Notes: a model not told the origin generated them from the letters alone. A DNA stretch of 64,000 nt from Smithellaceae bacterium (GCA_963667845.2 CAXXVL010000002.1:2784001-2848000); one strand, 5' to 3'; positions 18,105-28,392 are shown, counted from the stretch's first letter. Translations and numbers: made by a program.

Positions 18105-21100
18105 GTGCCCGAATCCCTGCGCATCCTTATTCTGGAAGATAACCCCGCCGATGCCGAGCTGGTTCAATTTGAACTGCAGGAGGCCGGGTTAATTTTCACT
18201 GCAAAAGTGGTGATGACTAAAAAAGATTTCGTCCATGAACTCCGGGGATGCTCCCCCGATCTCATCCTTTCCGACTATGACCTGCCCGCTTACAATGGCG
18301 CTTTAGCGCTGGCCGAGGCGAAAAAAAGATGCCCGGATGTCCCTTTTATTCTGGTCACCGGTGCGGTCAGCGAAGACCGTGCCATTGAAATTCTTACCCA
18401 GGGGGCCAAGGATTACGTTCTGAAAACCAGACTTGCACAGCGTCTTGTGCCGGCTGTCCAGAGAGCACTTGCCGAAGCCGAAGAGCATAAGGCGCGAAAA
18501 CTGGCGGAAGCTGAACTCCGTGAATCTCACAGAACCTTGGAGGAGAGGGTCAGGATCAGGACAGCGGAACTGGAAGCAGAGATGGCGGCGCGAAAGAAGA
18601 GGGATGACGACTTGCGACTGAGCGAGGAGCGATATCGCGGCGTGGTGGAGAATACAACGGCCATCATCCTTCGCATTGATCCCAGCGGTGTCATCAACTT
18701 TGCAAACAGCCGGGCGCTGGAGTTCTTCGGCTACACGGCGGATGAACTGATCGGCAGGCACGCCGTCGGCTCGATCGTTCCCGCAAGCGAAAGCACGGGC
18801 CGCGATCTTGCAGCAATGGTCGGCGAGATCATGGCTGACCCGGATAGATTCCACTCGAACGCCAATGAAAACATCTGCAAGGACGGTCGGCGTGTGTGGC
18901 TGGAATGGACAAACTCCAACATTTACTCGGCCGACAGCCGTCTGAGGGAGATCCTGTGCGTCGGGATCGACGCGACGGACCGTAAGCGGGCGGAGGATGC
19001 TCTCAAACTACATGCTGCTATCATGGAAACCGTGGCGGAAGGTATCTTTCTTGTTGGATTGGATGACAACATCATCAAATGGGCAAATCGCAAATTCGAA
19101 CAGCTATTCGGATATGACCCAGGCGAAATGGTCGGGATGCACGTCGATAGGGTCAATGCTCCAACAAAGCAGACTCCTGCAGAAGCCAGGATCTCGATTG
19201 TGGATGTCCTCCGGCAGGCCGGGGAATGGCACGGGGAGATTGAAAATATCAAGAAAGATGGAACACATTTTTGGTGCCGTATCCATGTCTCTCTCTTCAA
19301 CCATCCTGAATTCGGAACCGTGATGGTTTCGGCACACACCGATATCACCGAGCGCAAGAAAATGGAGGATGCACTGCGGGTTTCGGAAGAGCGATTCTCC
19401 AAGGCATTTAAGAACGGTCCCAATGCCATTACAATAACCCGACTAAGCGATGGTAAAATAATAGAAGGGAATGATTCAGTCTATGAGCTTTTAGGGTACA
19501 ATCATGATGAAGTGATTGGCAAAACAACATTCGATTTGGGAATATGGGCTGATGCGGATGAGCGGGTCAAACTGACACAGGGTCTTGCGGCAAAAGGGTT
19601 CATTCGAAATCAGGAATTCACCTTATTAAGAAAAGACAGAACGCGTGTCATTGTTGATCTGGGTGCATCGCTGATCAATATCGACAATCAGCCGTGTTTC
19701 CTGACTTCGTTTATTGACATCACCAAGCGCAAGCTGGCCGAAGAAACGCTCAATCGGAGCTGGAAGATGTTTGCCCAGTTGATCGAGGGCTCACCGTTCG
19801 GCACCTACATCGTTGATTCCGAGTTCCGCATCGCGATGATGAACGCCTCCTCGCAAGACGGAGCGTTCCGCAACGTGCGACCCATCATCGGACGTCCCTT
19901 TGACGAGGCCATGCGCATCCTCTGGCCCGAACCCGTCGCCGCGGAAATCATTGGCCACTTCCGCCACACCCTCGAAACCGGCGAGCCTTACTACTCGCCC
20001 ATCTTCATCAACCCGCGCCACGACGTTGAAATCGTCGAAGCGTACGAGTGGGAGCTCCACCGTATGAATCTTCCCGACGGGCAATACGGCGTCATCTGCT
20101 ATTACTTCGATTCAACGAAACTGCGAGAGGCCGAGAAGGCTCTGAAGGAAAGCGAGCAAAAATATCGTTCAATCTTCGAGAACAGCCTGGATGCCATCTT
20201 TCTGGCAACCCCCAATCGGCAAGTTCTGAACGCCAATCCGGCAGCCTGTGCGATATTCGGGATGACGGAAGAAGAACTTTGCCGGGCCGGACGCAGAGGG
20301 ATCGAAGATCCGACGGATCCCCGCCACGCCGCCGCGGTGGAAGAACGCGCCCGATTGGGCAGGGTTAAATATGAAGCAACACATGTAAGAAGTGACGGCT
20401 CCAGGTTCCCCTCCGAAGTCAGCTCGGTGATCATGGAAGGTGGACGGCGGTCCCTCGTTATTCTCCGTGACATCACCGAGCGCAAGAAGGCCGAAGAGGC
20501 GCTGCGGGAGAGCGAAGAGCGGTTCCGCGTCGCGCAGGAGCTTTCGCCGGATGGGTTCGCCATCCTGCGGCCTGTCCGCGACAGCGAGGGACGCATCGTC
20601 GATTTCACGTTTGTCTATGAGAATGCCGCGATTGCCCGCATAAATGGCACCGACCCGGCGGCGGTGGTGGGCAGGCGTCTCTCGGAATTCCTGCCCGCTC
20701 ACAGCCAGAGCCCTTTTCATGAGGCCCATGCGCATGTGGCCGACACCGGCGAAACCTGCATCATGGAGCGGAAGTACGACGGCGGGGACATACCGAGGCC
20801 CACCTGGTTTCGGGTGGTCGTCGTTCGGACGGGCCAGGATATCGCGATCCTCTCGCAGGACATCACCGAGCGCAAGCAGGCGGAGGAGGCGATGAAAATA
20901 CAGGCAAGGCAAACGGAAGAGGCCAACAAAGAACTCGAAAGCTTCAGCTATTCCGTTTCCCATGATCTTCGGGCGCCTCTGCGGGCCATTGACGGTTTCT
21001 CCCGTAAGCTTGAACGCGAATACAAAGACAAGATCGATGAGAATTTCGCCGCAACGATAAACGTTATTCGCAGCAACACCAAGGCCATGGGGAATCTGAT

Positions 21101-21605
21101 TGAAGATCTTCTGTCTTTTTCCAAGGTGCAAAATACCGGCATGAGCATGGCCATCATTGACATGCACCAGCTGGCTGCCGAAGTATGGAATGACATCCTT
21201 GATGCTAATAAACAGCGTGCGCTGAAATTCAAGGCAGGCAAGATTCTGCCCGGATATGGAGACCGGGCTCTTATCCGGCAGGTGCTTTTCAATCTTCTTT
21301 CCAATGCGGTTAAGTTCACGAAAAATCGGAAACCGGCCGTCATTGAAGTAAACGGCTATCTCGAGTCCGGCAAAATCGTCTATAGTGTGAAGGATAATGG
21401 GGCCGGGTTTGATATGGAATATTATGACAAGCTTTTTGGCGTCTTCCAGCGCCTTCATAGTCATAAAGAGTATGATGGCACGGGTATAGGACTTGCGATT
21501 GTTCAACGCATTATCAAACGCCACGGTGGTGACGTATGGGCAGACGGGGGAATAAATAAAGGGGCCACTTTTTATTTTTCGCTGCCTTCCCTTTCAAAAA
21601 ATTAG
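18105..21605 (+). CDS. Sensor histidine kinase: REC-6xPAS-HisKA-HATPase
   Basis: ILEDN...SDYDLP receiver; six PAS/PAC units ending DIT(E/K)RK-like; SYSVSHDLRAPLR H box; intact N, G1, F and G2 boxes; GTG start after GGAG. Confidence 0.92.
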   Translation: MPESLRILILEDNPADAELVQFELQEAGLIFTAKVVMTKKDFVHELRGCSPDLILSDYDLPAYNGALALAEAKKRCPDVPFILVTGAVSEDRAIEILTQGAKDYVLKTRLAQRLVPAVQRALAEAEEHKARKLAEAELRESHRTLEERVRIRTAELEAEMAARKKRDDDLRLSEERYRGVVENTTAIILRIDPSGVINFANSRALEFFGYTADELIGRHAVGSIVPASESTGRDLAAMVGEIMADPDRFHSNANENICKDGRRVWLEWTNSNIYSADSRLREILCVGIDATDRKRAEDALKLHAAIMETVAEGIFLVGLDDNIIKWANRKFEQLFGYDPGEMVGMHVDRVNAPTKQTPAEARISIVDVLRQAGEWHGEIENIKKDGTHFWCRIHVSLFNHPEFGTVMVSAHTDITERKKMEDALRVSEERFSKAFKNGPNAITITRLSDGKIIEGNDSVYELLGYNHDEVIGKTTFDLGIWADADERVKLTQGLAAKGFIRNQEFTLLRKDRTRVIVDLGASLINIDNQPCFLTSFIDITKRKLAEETLNRSWKMFAQLIEGSPFGTYIVDSEFRIAMMNASSQDGAFRNVRPIIGRPFDEAMRILWPEPVAAEIIGHFRHTLETGEPYYSPIFINPRHDVEIVEAYEWELHRMNLPDGQYGVICYYFDSTKLREAEKALKESEQKYRSIFENSLDAIFLATPNRQVLNANPAACAIFGMTEEELCRAGRRGIEDPTDPRHAAAVEERARLGRVKYEATHVRSDGSRFPSEVSSVIMEGGRRSLVILRDITERKKAEEALRESEERFRVAQELSPDGFAILRPVRDSEGRIVDFTFVYENAAIARINGTDPAAVVGRRLSEFLPAHSQSPFHEAHAHVADTGETCIMERKYDGGDIPRPTWFRVVVVRTGQDIAILSQDITERKQAEEAMKIQARQTEEANKELESFSYSVSHDLRAPLRAIDGFSRKLEREYKDKIDENFAATINVIRSNTKAMGNLIEDLLSFSKVQNTGMSMAIIDMHQLAAEVWNDILDANKQRALKFKAGKILPGYGDRALIRQVLFNLLSNAVKFTKNRKPAVIEVNGYLESGKIVYSVKDNGAGFDMEYYDKLFGVFQRLHSHKEYDGTGIGLAIVQRIIKRHGGDVWADGGINKGATFYFSLPSLSKN

Positions 21606-21631
21606 GATTGCTCCATAAGCCAACTGGATAG

Positions 21632-21763
21632 TATTTGCCCAACATTTCCGATGGTGCACCGCACGCTTTTTTCGCAGATTATCGCCCCAGTTATCGGGCA
21701 GAAGCAGCCAAAGACGCTTGGAATCGCCGCATCGCATGGTTCAAAGGACACCTTGAAGAATAA
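21632..21763 (+). pseudogene. C-terminal fragment of a dienelactone hydrolase family gene
   Basis: Manual translation [37 protein letters not shown]; in-frame stop at 21629 upstream. Confidence 0.7.
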
Positions 21764-21902
21764 TTTCAGGTTTTCTTGCTGGTTCTGGAGCGCAAACCCA
21801 TGGTACTGAACAACGGAGTCCCTTCTGACATTGTGAACTACCGGAGGCTGTCGAGCACATCAACGATCATTGAAAGTATTCAAATAAGAAAGGGGAAGGA
21901 AA

Positions 21903-22394
21903 ATGGCTATTGAGAAATTCCCTATCGAAGCGGGACATATTATGATGTTCGCGAGAGCCGTTGGGGACGCGAATCCGATTTATTCCGATGAAGCATATGC
22001 AAAAAAGGCGCAGCCGGGCGGCATTATCGCACCTCCGACTTTTGCGCAGTCGAGCGCTCAATTCGATCCTGATTTTTTCCTGCGTCCGAAAATCGGGAAG
22101 CCCTGGTTCGGCTCGGGCAAAGAGCCGACAGGTATGAAGCCTGGCGAAGGTCCGGGAGGCGCAGTCCGTGGCCTCCATGCAGAGCAGCATTTTGAATATC
22201 ACCGCCACATCCATCCCGGCGACGTGCTGACCGCAACCGTGAAACCGGGGAAGAAATGGGAAAAGGAAGGGCGACGTTCCGGGAAGTTGTTCTTCAGCGA
22301 AATGGTGACCGAGTATCGTGATCAGAAGGGCGAATTGGTTATCACGGCCCGCAATGTAAGCGTGCTGACGGAGCGAGCCGTAGATCAGGGATAA
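21903..22394 (+). CDS. MaoC/FAS1-like dehydratase (hot-dog fold), N-terminal-type partner
   Basis: FARAVGDANP, APPTF and LHAEQHFEYHRHI. Confidence 0.85.
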   Translation: MAIEKFPIEAGHIMMFARAVGDANPIYSDEAYAKKAQPGGIIAPPTFAQSSAQFDPDFFLRPKIGKPWFGSGKEPTGMKPGEGPGGAVRGLHAEQHFEYHRHIHPGDVLTATVKPGKKWEKEGRRSGKLFFSEMVTEYRDQKGELVITARNVSVLTERAVDQG

Positions 22395-22408
22395 GGAGAA
22401 TCCGCACA

Positions 22409-22831
22409 ATGGCATTGAAAGCAAGTAATCTCAAAGTCGGCGACAAATACACCGAAAAAGTCGTTGAAGATTTAAAGCGCACTCAGATAGTCCAATATGC
22501 CGGAGCCTCTGGCGATTACAATCCTGTTCATACAGACGAGGTTTTTGCCACGAAAGTTGCCGGGTACCCTTCCGTGTTCGCGCACGGTATGCTAACTATG
22601 GGTATAACTGGGAAGATGCTCACCAACTGGGTTGGAGACGGGAGGCTGATCAAATACGGCGTCCGTTTTACGAGCCAGGTATGGCCGGGAGATGATCTGA
22701 ATGCAACAGCAACTGTGGAAGCGATTATACAGAAAAATGGCGAGTATTACGTCGATTTGAAAGTTGAAACGACCAACCAGAAAGGCGTCGTCGTATTGAG
22801 TGGGTATGCAAGCGCTCATATCGATCCATAG
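22409..22831 (+). CDS. MaoC-family (R)-hydratase
   Basis: YAGASGDYNPVH, AHGML and VWPGD. Confidence 0.9.
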   Translation: MALKASNLKVGDKYTEKVVEDLKRTQIVQYAGASGDYNPVHTDEVFATKVAGYPSVFAHGMLTMGITGKMLTNWVGDGRLIKYGVRFTSQVWPGDDLNATATVEAIIQKNGEYYVDLKVETTNQKGVVVLSGYASAHIDP

Positions 22832-23012
22832 TGAACTGCCCACGCATTGCACCTTTCAAAATGTATTTCACACCGTCAGGATTTTTGAACGCCATTTGTT
22901 TGTAGGTGCTTTCTGTACATCCCACGAATAATAAAATTCTCATTTGTCTGGGTAAAGTTTTATAATACTCAAACCCCAAAGACCTCACAGAACAATAAAT
23001 GGGAGGTGCCGC

Positions 23013-23852
23013 ATGATAACCAAAGAAGCAATAACGTTGTTCAAATACTATCTTCAATCCAACCATAAACAAAGAACCATTGAGAGTTACAGACTTCTGC
23101 TGGAGAGATTTGAGGCGATCTATTCGCAGAGAGACATGGAAACCATTGCACCTGATGAGATCTTTCATTTCCTGGAAGACCTGACCAAAGACATGGCGAA
23201 ATCAACACGCAGACTGAGGTATGCCCAGTTGAAAGCCTTTTACAATTTCATCATTGATCGCTGTTCCCTGAATATGAGAAATCCCTGCAGCATGCCGCTG
23301 CTGAGCAAATCCTTCAGAACGCCTAAACAGCAGCCGCATAAGATTTTGGATCGGGAAACTGTGGATGAGATGATCTACAACACAAAGAAACAAAGGGATC
23401 GTTTGATACTGGAACTTCAGGCCCGTTGTGGGTTGCGTATTGGCGAATTACTTAAGATCAAAGCATCGGATGTTGCTGACAGAACCATCACCCTTCGGGA
23501 GCCTAAATCAGGTAAAGAAACGGAAAGAGCCTATATGCCGGAGAACGTATCAAAAAAATTGGCTGAGTATGTCAAAGAGAAAGCCATAAATGGAGAAGAC
23601 CGGATATTCCCCATCTGCTACTCGACGGCAAAATCACTTGTTAAGAGACTCGGGACACAATTGAATGTTCGGGTTGCTCCTCATGATCTCCGAAGATATT
23701 CGGCGACGTATGCCAGCAGAAATGGGGTTCCACTCGAAGTAGTATCGAAAGTAATCTTGAGGCATCAGGACTTGAAGACAACACAAGTTTATCTCGGGAA
23801 AATCAGTGATTCTGAGGCGATCCGATGGATGGACGTTCTACACGGTAAATAA
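23013..23852 (+). CDS. Tyrosine recombinase/integrase 3
   Basis: CGLRIGE, PKSGK, PHDLRR, LRHQ and TTQVY; GGAGG RBS. Confidence 0.93.
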   Translation: MITKEAITLFKYYLQSNHKQRTIESYRLLLERFEAIYSQRDMETIAPDEIFHFLEDLTKDMAKSTRRLRYAQLKAFYNFIIDRCSLNMRNPCSMPLLSKSFRTPKQQPHKILDRETVDEMIYNTKKQRDRLILELQARCGLRIGELLKIKASDVADRTITLREPKSGKETERAYMPENVSKKLAEYVKEKAINGEDRIFPICYSTAKSLVKRLGTQLNVRVAPHDLRRYSATYASRNGVPLEVVSKVILRHQDLKTTQVYLGKISDSEAIRWMDVLHGK

Positions 23853-24090
23853 CGTCATCGTTGATACCAATTGAAACAGTGAGGTATTTGGGGCAATAAT
23901 TTTATTCATATTTTGTCGGTCATAGCATTCTCTAAGGAAAATATACTCCGTTGCTTCCTGTATTCGTTATTTTTGAATCTTTCCCGGATATTCAATAGTT
24001 CAAATGGAAAGAGATGAATAATTAGAAAAACAAGGCCGGTTTTATCCGGCCTTCAGGATGTGCTCCGAGATGGCTATGGATAACCCCTCT

Positions 24091-24320
24091 GAGATATAAT
24101 GATAGAGATGAGTAAAGGGAAAAGGTTTTTATCAAAGTGCAGACTTATAAAACACACCTTAACTCTGCATATTTCTTGTCTTGACAATGGGGCGGGGTTC
24201 AATCTGAGATATAATGATAGAGATGAGTAAAGGGAAAAGGTTTTTATCAAAGTGCAGACTTATAAAACACACCTTAACTCTGCATATTTCTTGTCTTGAC
24301 AATGGGGCGGGGTTCAATCT
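24091..24320 (+). repeat. Perfect tandem duplication of a 115-bp non-coding unit
   Basis: 24091-24205 = 24206-24320 (gagatataatgatag...ggggttcaatct). Confidence 0.9.
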
Positions 24321-24370
24321 TGAGGAAGTGCCCTGTATAGCGAGCAGATGGCGTGTTACTGAATGGACCT

Positions 24371-26107
24371 CTAGAAATGCCCCATAACCTGAAGCCAGAA
24401 CCTGCCGTCACGTATCGCATCCGACGTTTCCTGCTCGGAACCGATTTTCAGGCCATAACTCGTTCTGAGAAGAAAATGGCGGGTTGTCCAATTCAGGCCG
24501 ATACCTGCTCCGTAAAGATTGCTGGCATTAGAGAAGAGACTGTTCCAGGCGTCATCGTTGATCCTGGAATAACCGGCATCGGTAAAAAGGATAAACTGCA
24601 GGTCCCCCGGAATTTTCCTGCTTCCCAGGGCATCGGAAAGAGTGTAGCGAAACTCTCCTGTAAGAATGCATCCTTCGTCGCCGGAAGCCTCCCCTTGGGG
24701 ATAACTCCTGACACCTGTTGGTCCTCCGAGGAAGAATTTTTCTGCAGAATCGAGGTTATGGGACGACAATTGCCCGCTGAATGAGGCATAGAAGGCGAGA
24801 TTACCATAAAGTTTCTGAAGTCTGGATAGGTAAAGCGTTCCCTTGGCGAATTGGCCGTTTGTCTTGACAGAAGCACTGTCGATCTCCCTAGCGAAATCCG
24901 ACTTGATGTTCAATTTGCCGGCGTATCCGCTAAGCGTTAGGGTGGTGTAGCCACCGCCAAGTAATCCGTCCAGTACGTCAAAGTAAAAGGCCAGTGTGTA
25001 AACCTCGATATCTTTGTTCGTCTTGATGTCGAACAGATCAATACGGTCTTCAAGGGCCTTGAAGTCGTATTCCAGATGGCCGTATATGTTGAAATAGCGG
25101 GAACGGACAAAAGGATGGAGCACATAGGCGCTGACGATGGAAGCACTGCCATGGGCACCCAGATCCTTGAAGTCGTCACCGAGTTTATAGTCCATGGCAG
25201 AATAGGCTGCACCCAGGCGGGTTCCCCACCAGCCTACCGGGACCGTGGCGGATGCACGACCATAGAGCAAACGTTCGGCGGCGATTCCGCGCACGCTAAC
25301 CGACTCACCAGCCCCAGCCAAGTTATTCTCCGTTGCGGTAAAACCAACACGGTAGTATCCTGTGTAACGGTCCCCGTAGTTGTCAGCATCAATGCTGCCG
25401 GACAGAGGGAATTTATCTTTGACTTCGAGTATAAGATCAGCTGTTCCGACAACGGCCCCTGGCCTGATGGTTGATCTGACTTCAATTCCGGGGATGTCAT
25501 TCAAAAGCAGAAGGCCTTTATCAAGTTTTTCTTCCTTGATGATCTCGCCCTCCTTGACAAACCCTCCAATAATCCGGTGTGCGGAAGAGGATATACGGCC
25601 ACTCTTGTCAGGTTTGAGCTCTATTTGTCCTACCTTTCCCTCGTTGATTGCAATGGTGACAATACCACTCATAAATTCCTGGACAGGCATAAAAGCGCGG
25701 GCCAATAGGTAGCCCCTGGCTCTGTAGAATTTGGTGATGAGGTTGACGGTGCCTTCCAGTTCCGCAATAGTCAGATCTTTGCCAACGGCATTGGTGACAA
25801 GCGGCAGGAGTTCTTTACCGGAAAACAAGGTATTTCCTTCAATGCGGAAACCACTGACCTTTATTTTCATTTCAGGCGGTGCGCTGATGACCTGTTTATC
25901 CGCTTTTTCAACGGTCAAGGCCGGCGCCTCTTTCGGGGAAGTAACTTTAAGCGAATCCTTGGTGGTTTCCAGAAGAATCCCCGCATTGGGGCGATCCGTG
26001 GCGGAAGCATGGCTGACAGAGAAAAAGACGATCAATATCCATATCACCACTATTTGATTTTTCTTGATTATATACTGATTCAACCTCACAGATATGCCAG
26101 CAGCCAT
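24371..26107 (-). CDS. ShlB/FhaC/HecB-family two-partner secretion outer-membrane protein (TpsB)
   Basis: Signal peptide; POTRA (GNTLF...YRARGYLLARA..P.Q); DNYG; LGGPTGVRSY loop-6 motif; C-terminal F. Confidence 0.9.
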   Translation of the reverse strand: MAAGISVRLNQYIIKKNQIVVIWILIVFFSVSHASATDRPNAGILLETTKDSLKVTSPKEAPALTVEKADKQVISAPPEMKIKVSGFRIEGNTLFSGKELLPLVTNAVGKDLTIAELEGTVNLITKFYRARGYLLARAFMPVQEFMSGIVTIAINEGKVGQIELKPDKSGRISSSAHRIIGGFVKEGEIIKEEKLDKGLLLLNDIPGIEVRSTIRPGAVVGTADLILEVKDKFPLSGSIDADNYGDRYTGYYRVGFTATENNLAGAGESVSVRGIAAERLLYGRASATVPVGWWGTRLGAAYSAMDYKLGDDFKDLGAHGSASIVSAYVLHPFVRSRYFNIYGHLEYDFKALEDRIDLFDIKTNKDIEVYTLAFYFDVLDGLLGGGYTTLTLSGYAGKLNIKSDFAREIDSASVKTNGQFAKGTLYLSRLQKLYGNLAFYASFSGQLSSHNLDSAEKFFLGGPTGVRSYPQGEASGDEGCILTGEFRYTLSDALGSRKIPGDLQFILFTDAGYSRINDDAWNSLFSNASNLYGAGIGLNWTTRHFLLRTSYGLKIGSEQETSDAIRDGRFWLQVMGHF

Positions 26108-26368
26108 TGAGAAGAAAACCTCAAAACTTGATAAGGTAGATTATTTGTAATGTCGGAGTATAAGGAGCGCGGCCTGTCATGTCAATAGAATGCTGCCCTT
26201 ATGTTGATTACCGGAGTGGAATGTTTGTTATGATTGGACTTACGGTTTTCGGCCTCTCGTATGTGCGGCCTGAAAGAAGCAAATCCTTGTCCTTGTCAAT
26301 TATGCTTTTTTCAACTGGAAATAAACAATTTGAGGCGGCAATTTCCCGCTGGCGGGGCAATCTCCCCC

Positions 26369-26397
26369 TTGATTTTCAATTCACGTAAGAGTATTCT
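26369..26397 (+). promoter_or_regulatory. Putative sigma70 promoter
   Basis: TTGATT-N17-TATTCT. Confidence 0.45.
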
Positions 26398-26502
26398 TTA
26401 TATCAATATTATTTTCTCTATTTGTTCGGTAAACTCATCAATCCAATCATCAACTTGCTGGAGTCCGACATGAAAAGGATTTGCTGGAAGTTGCCAATAC
26501 TT

Positions 26503-26537
26503 AGCCTCCGAGGAGTTATTCCGTCTCGGAGGCTTTT
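26503..26537 (+). terminator. Rho-independent terminator
   Basis: agcctccgag...ctcggaggct followed by ttt. Confidence 0.65.
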
Positions 26538-26871
26538 CCATCTTCCCCAAACGAATGTGGGGCGGTCGCTTGCTATAGTTCAGACTGGTTTATTCGGAGA
26601 AGCTCCGACGACACATACCATTTTTACAGGGAATAGGTATTTTATATCAATCGATGATTTATAAGAACACAAGGTGCAATCTGCAATCTTGTCGTTCAGC
26701 GCACATGAAAATAAAGTAAAGCTTTAGGATAGTCTACCGGTCCTGTCCAGTGTCGGAAGATATGTCACTGCAAAAGGCTGTTTACCGGGTCTATGTCATT
26801 CCCGCTGCTTTGGTGGAGCTGTATGATGCGGAGGTCAAAGCGCTTGTCGATCTTGGTTCTGAGGGGGGAAA

Positions 26872-28392
26872 ATGAAAGAAACGAGTATCAGATGTCTGCA
26901 GCTTGCGATTTATTTCGGCATGGTTTTTATGGCCGCAGTCCAGCTTGCTGCCTGTTCGGGCAGCTCGGGTGACTCCAGGTCGAGCCTTTTTGTTTCCAGA
27001 CTTGAATTAAACGGGTTTATCGTCACCGAGGGCTCCGCGGATCCCATTAATCCGCTGGACATGGTCAACACATATGTTATGGATTCGGCTGCCGGCAACA
27101 ACGCCGGACAACCTTATAAAAAACTTAAGATCCCCGTTCTGCCTTCTGTCCGGACGGAACTAGGAATTTTCCAGTTGCGCCCATACGAGGCTATAGTCTA
27201 TCTGGGGCCGACTCCGCCAATGGGCGATTATTTCAGCTTCACTCCGTTTCTCTGGGCGCGGCATGTCGGGCAAGTTATACCCAAGGGTGATTGGATGTTT
27301 GCCGCTCTGGGAGACCCCCTGAACCATACGCGGATCAAGACCGAGGGCGGCGGCAGCCCTTTCCAGAAGAATACAATGGTGATCTTCACGGCCGACCGGG
27401 CTGTATACGAGCGCATCAAGGCGCAGGCAATAGCTGCCGAATATCCCGAATCGATGATCAATGCCTATGTCTTCCCCTCGGCGCTGCTGAATATGGGCGT
27501 CAACCTCGGCTCCTCTGATGATGATTCGTTTATTATTTTAGTTCGGTCCGCCAACATTTCCGATCCCAAGCAGGAGATCGCGTATATGGCTGACAATTAT
27601 TATGCCCGGATCTTTCGTGTAACTCCGTATCCCACCCCGCAGACCCTTGATCCTTTCTCCACACCCGTACCGCGGGTCCGCAAGTGGCAAAGGGAGGTCG
27701 ACCTTTATCCCGGACTGCAGGCCGGCTTGGAACGGCTCAGGAATGCCATCCTCGCACAGACCCCCAACCTCCAGTCCAGAGAATTCCAGTCAATCAGATG
27801 GTGGCCGGATTCCCGGGACGTGCTGCAGGCTGATTCCGGCTCGTCTATCTATCACAAATTCGTCGCCGGGGAGGCTTCCGATACTCCCTACCGCCGGACA
27901 TCGCAGGGCGGCGTGGAAGCCAACTTCGTTTTGGGAGCTGACGACATGGTCATAGCATATGGCGTAAACCATGCCGCCACGGGCCTCGCCATCTATTCCA
28001 ATTTCAGCGTATACAGCGAACGCGTATTGAACCCGTGCACCTCGGGCAATATCCTGAATTACATTTATGGGTGCGGTGACCCGTTATGGAACGGGGTGGT
28101 CGGGATGAAGAATAAGGAATTTGCCGGCAGCGCCGTAAAATACCTGGGAGCCGATGATCCCACGGCGCCGTATCTGTACGCAGTTAAAGTCATGCGCAAT
28201 GCGCCGGCAGATGCCAATGATAAGTTCTTTGTAGTGGTGCCGGCTCCGGATGCTAGCGGGCCGGCAAGCGGGATTGAAAAAGGCGACCCGGTAATTCTCG
28301 GTTACCGGGCCTATGTAAACCCGTCGACAGGTTTCGGTCCCGACTACGACGATATTATCCCGGATCGGGCAATTTGGTTCAAGGTGAGGTAG
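26872..28392 (+). CDS. Uncharacterised lipoprotein (506 aa)
   Basis: Lipobox LAAC followed by an S/G linker; GAGGGGG RBS; no family recognised. Confidence 0.75.
   Translation: MKETSIRCLQLAIYFGMVFMAAVQLAACSGSSGDSRSSLFVSRLELNGFIVTEGSADPINPLDMVNTYVMDSAAGNNAGQPYKKLKIPVLPSVRTELGIFQLRPYEAIVYLGPTPPMGDYFSFTPFLWARHVGQVIPKGDWMFAALGDPLNHTRIKTEGGGSPFQKNTMVIFTADRAVYERIKAQAIAAEYPESMINAYVFPSALLNMGVNLGSSDDDSFIILVRSANISDPKQEIAYMADNYYARIFRVTPYPTPQTLDPFSTPVPRVRKWQREVDLYPGLQAGLERLRNAILAQTPNLQSREFQSIRWWPDSRDVLQADSGSSIYHKFVAGEASDTPYRRTSQGGVEANFVLGADDMVIAYGVNHAATGLAIYSNFSVYSERVLNPCTSGNILNYIYGCGDPLWNGVVGMKNKEFAGSAVKYLGADDPTAPYLYAVKVMRNAPADANDKFFVVVPAPDASGPASGIEKGDPVILGYRAYVNPSTGFGPDYDDIIPDRAIWFKVR

Noticed and set aside
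20169..21524. 451-aa minus-strand ORF and the many other antisense ORFs in the track
   Set aside because: They are shadows of well-supported genes on the opposite strand and have no recognisable motifs.
15985..23852. Canonical RIT element or prophage
   Set aside because: The three recombinases are not contiguous, the ends are far longer than RIT IRs, and there are no phage structural or replication genes.
24069..24079. GATGGCTATGG shared with ~28478
   Set aside because: An 11-bp match without flanking similarity; compatible with chance.
24181..24215. Junction promoter TTGACA...TATAAT created by the duplication
   Set aside because: The spacer is 23 bp, too long for sigma70.
24091..24320. 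CRISPR array
   Set aside because: Only two adjacent 115-bp units, with no spacers and no cas genes.
26420..26500. c-di-GMP-I riboswitch (GGTAAAC start)
   Set aside because: The GAAA tetraloop/receptor and GCAAA elements are not present.
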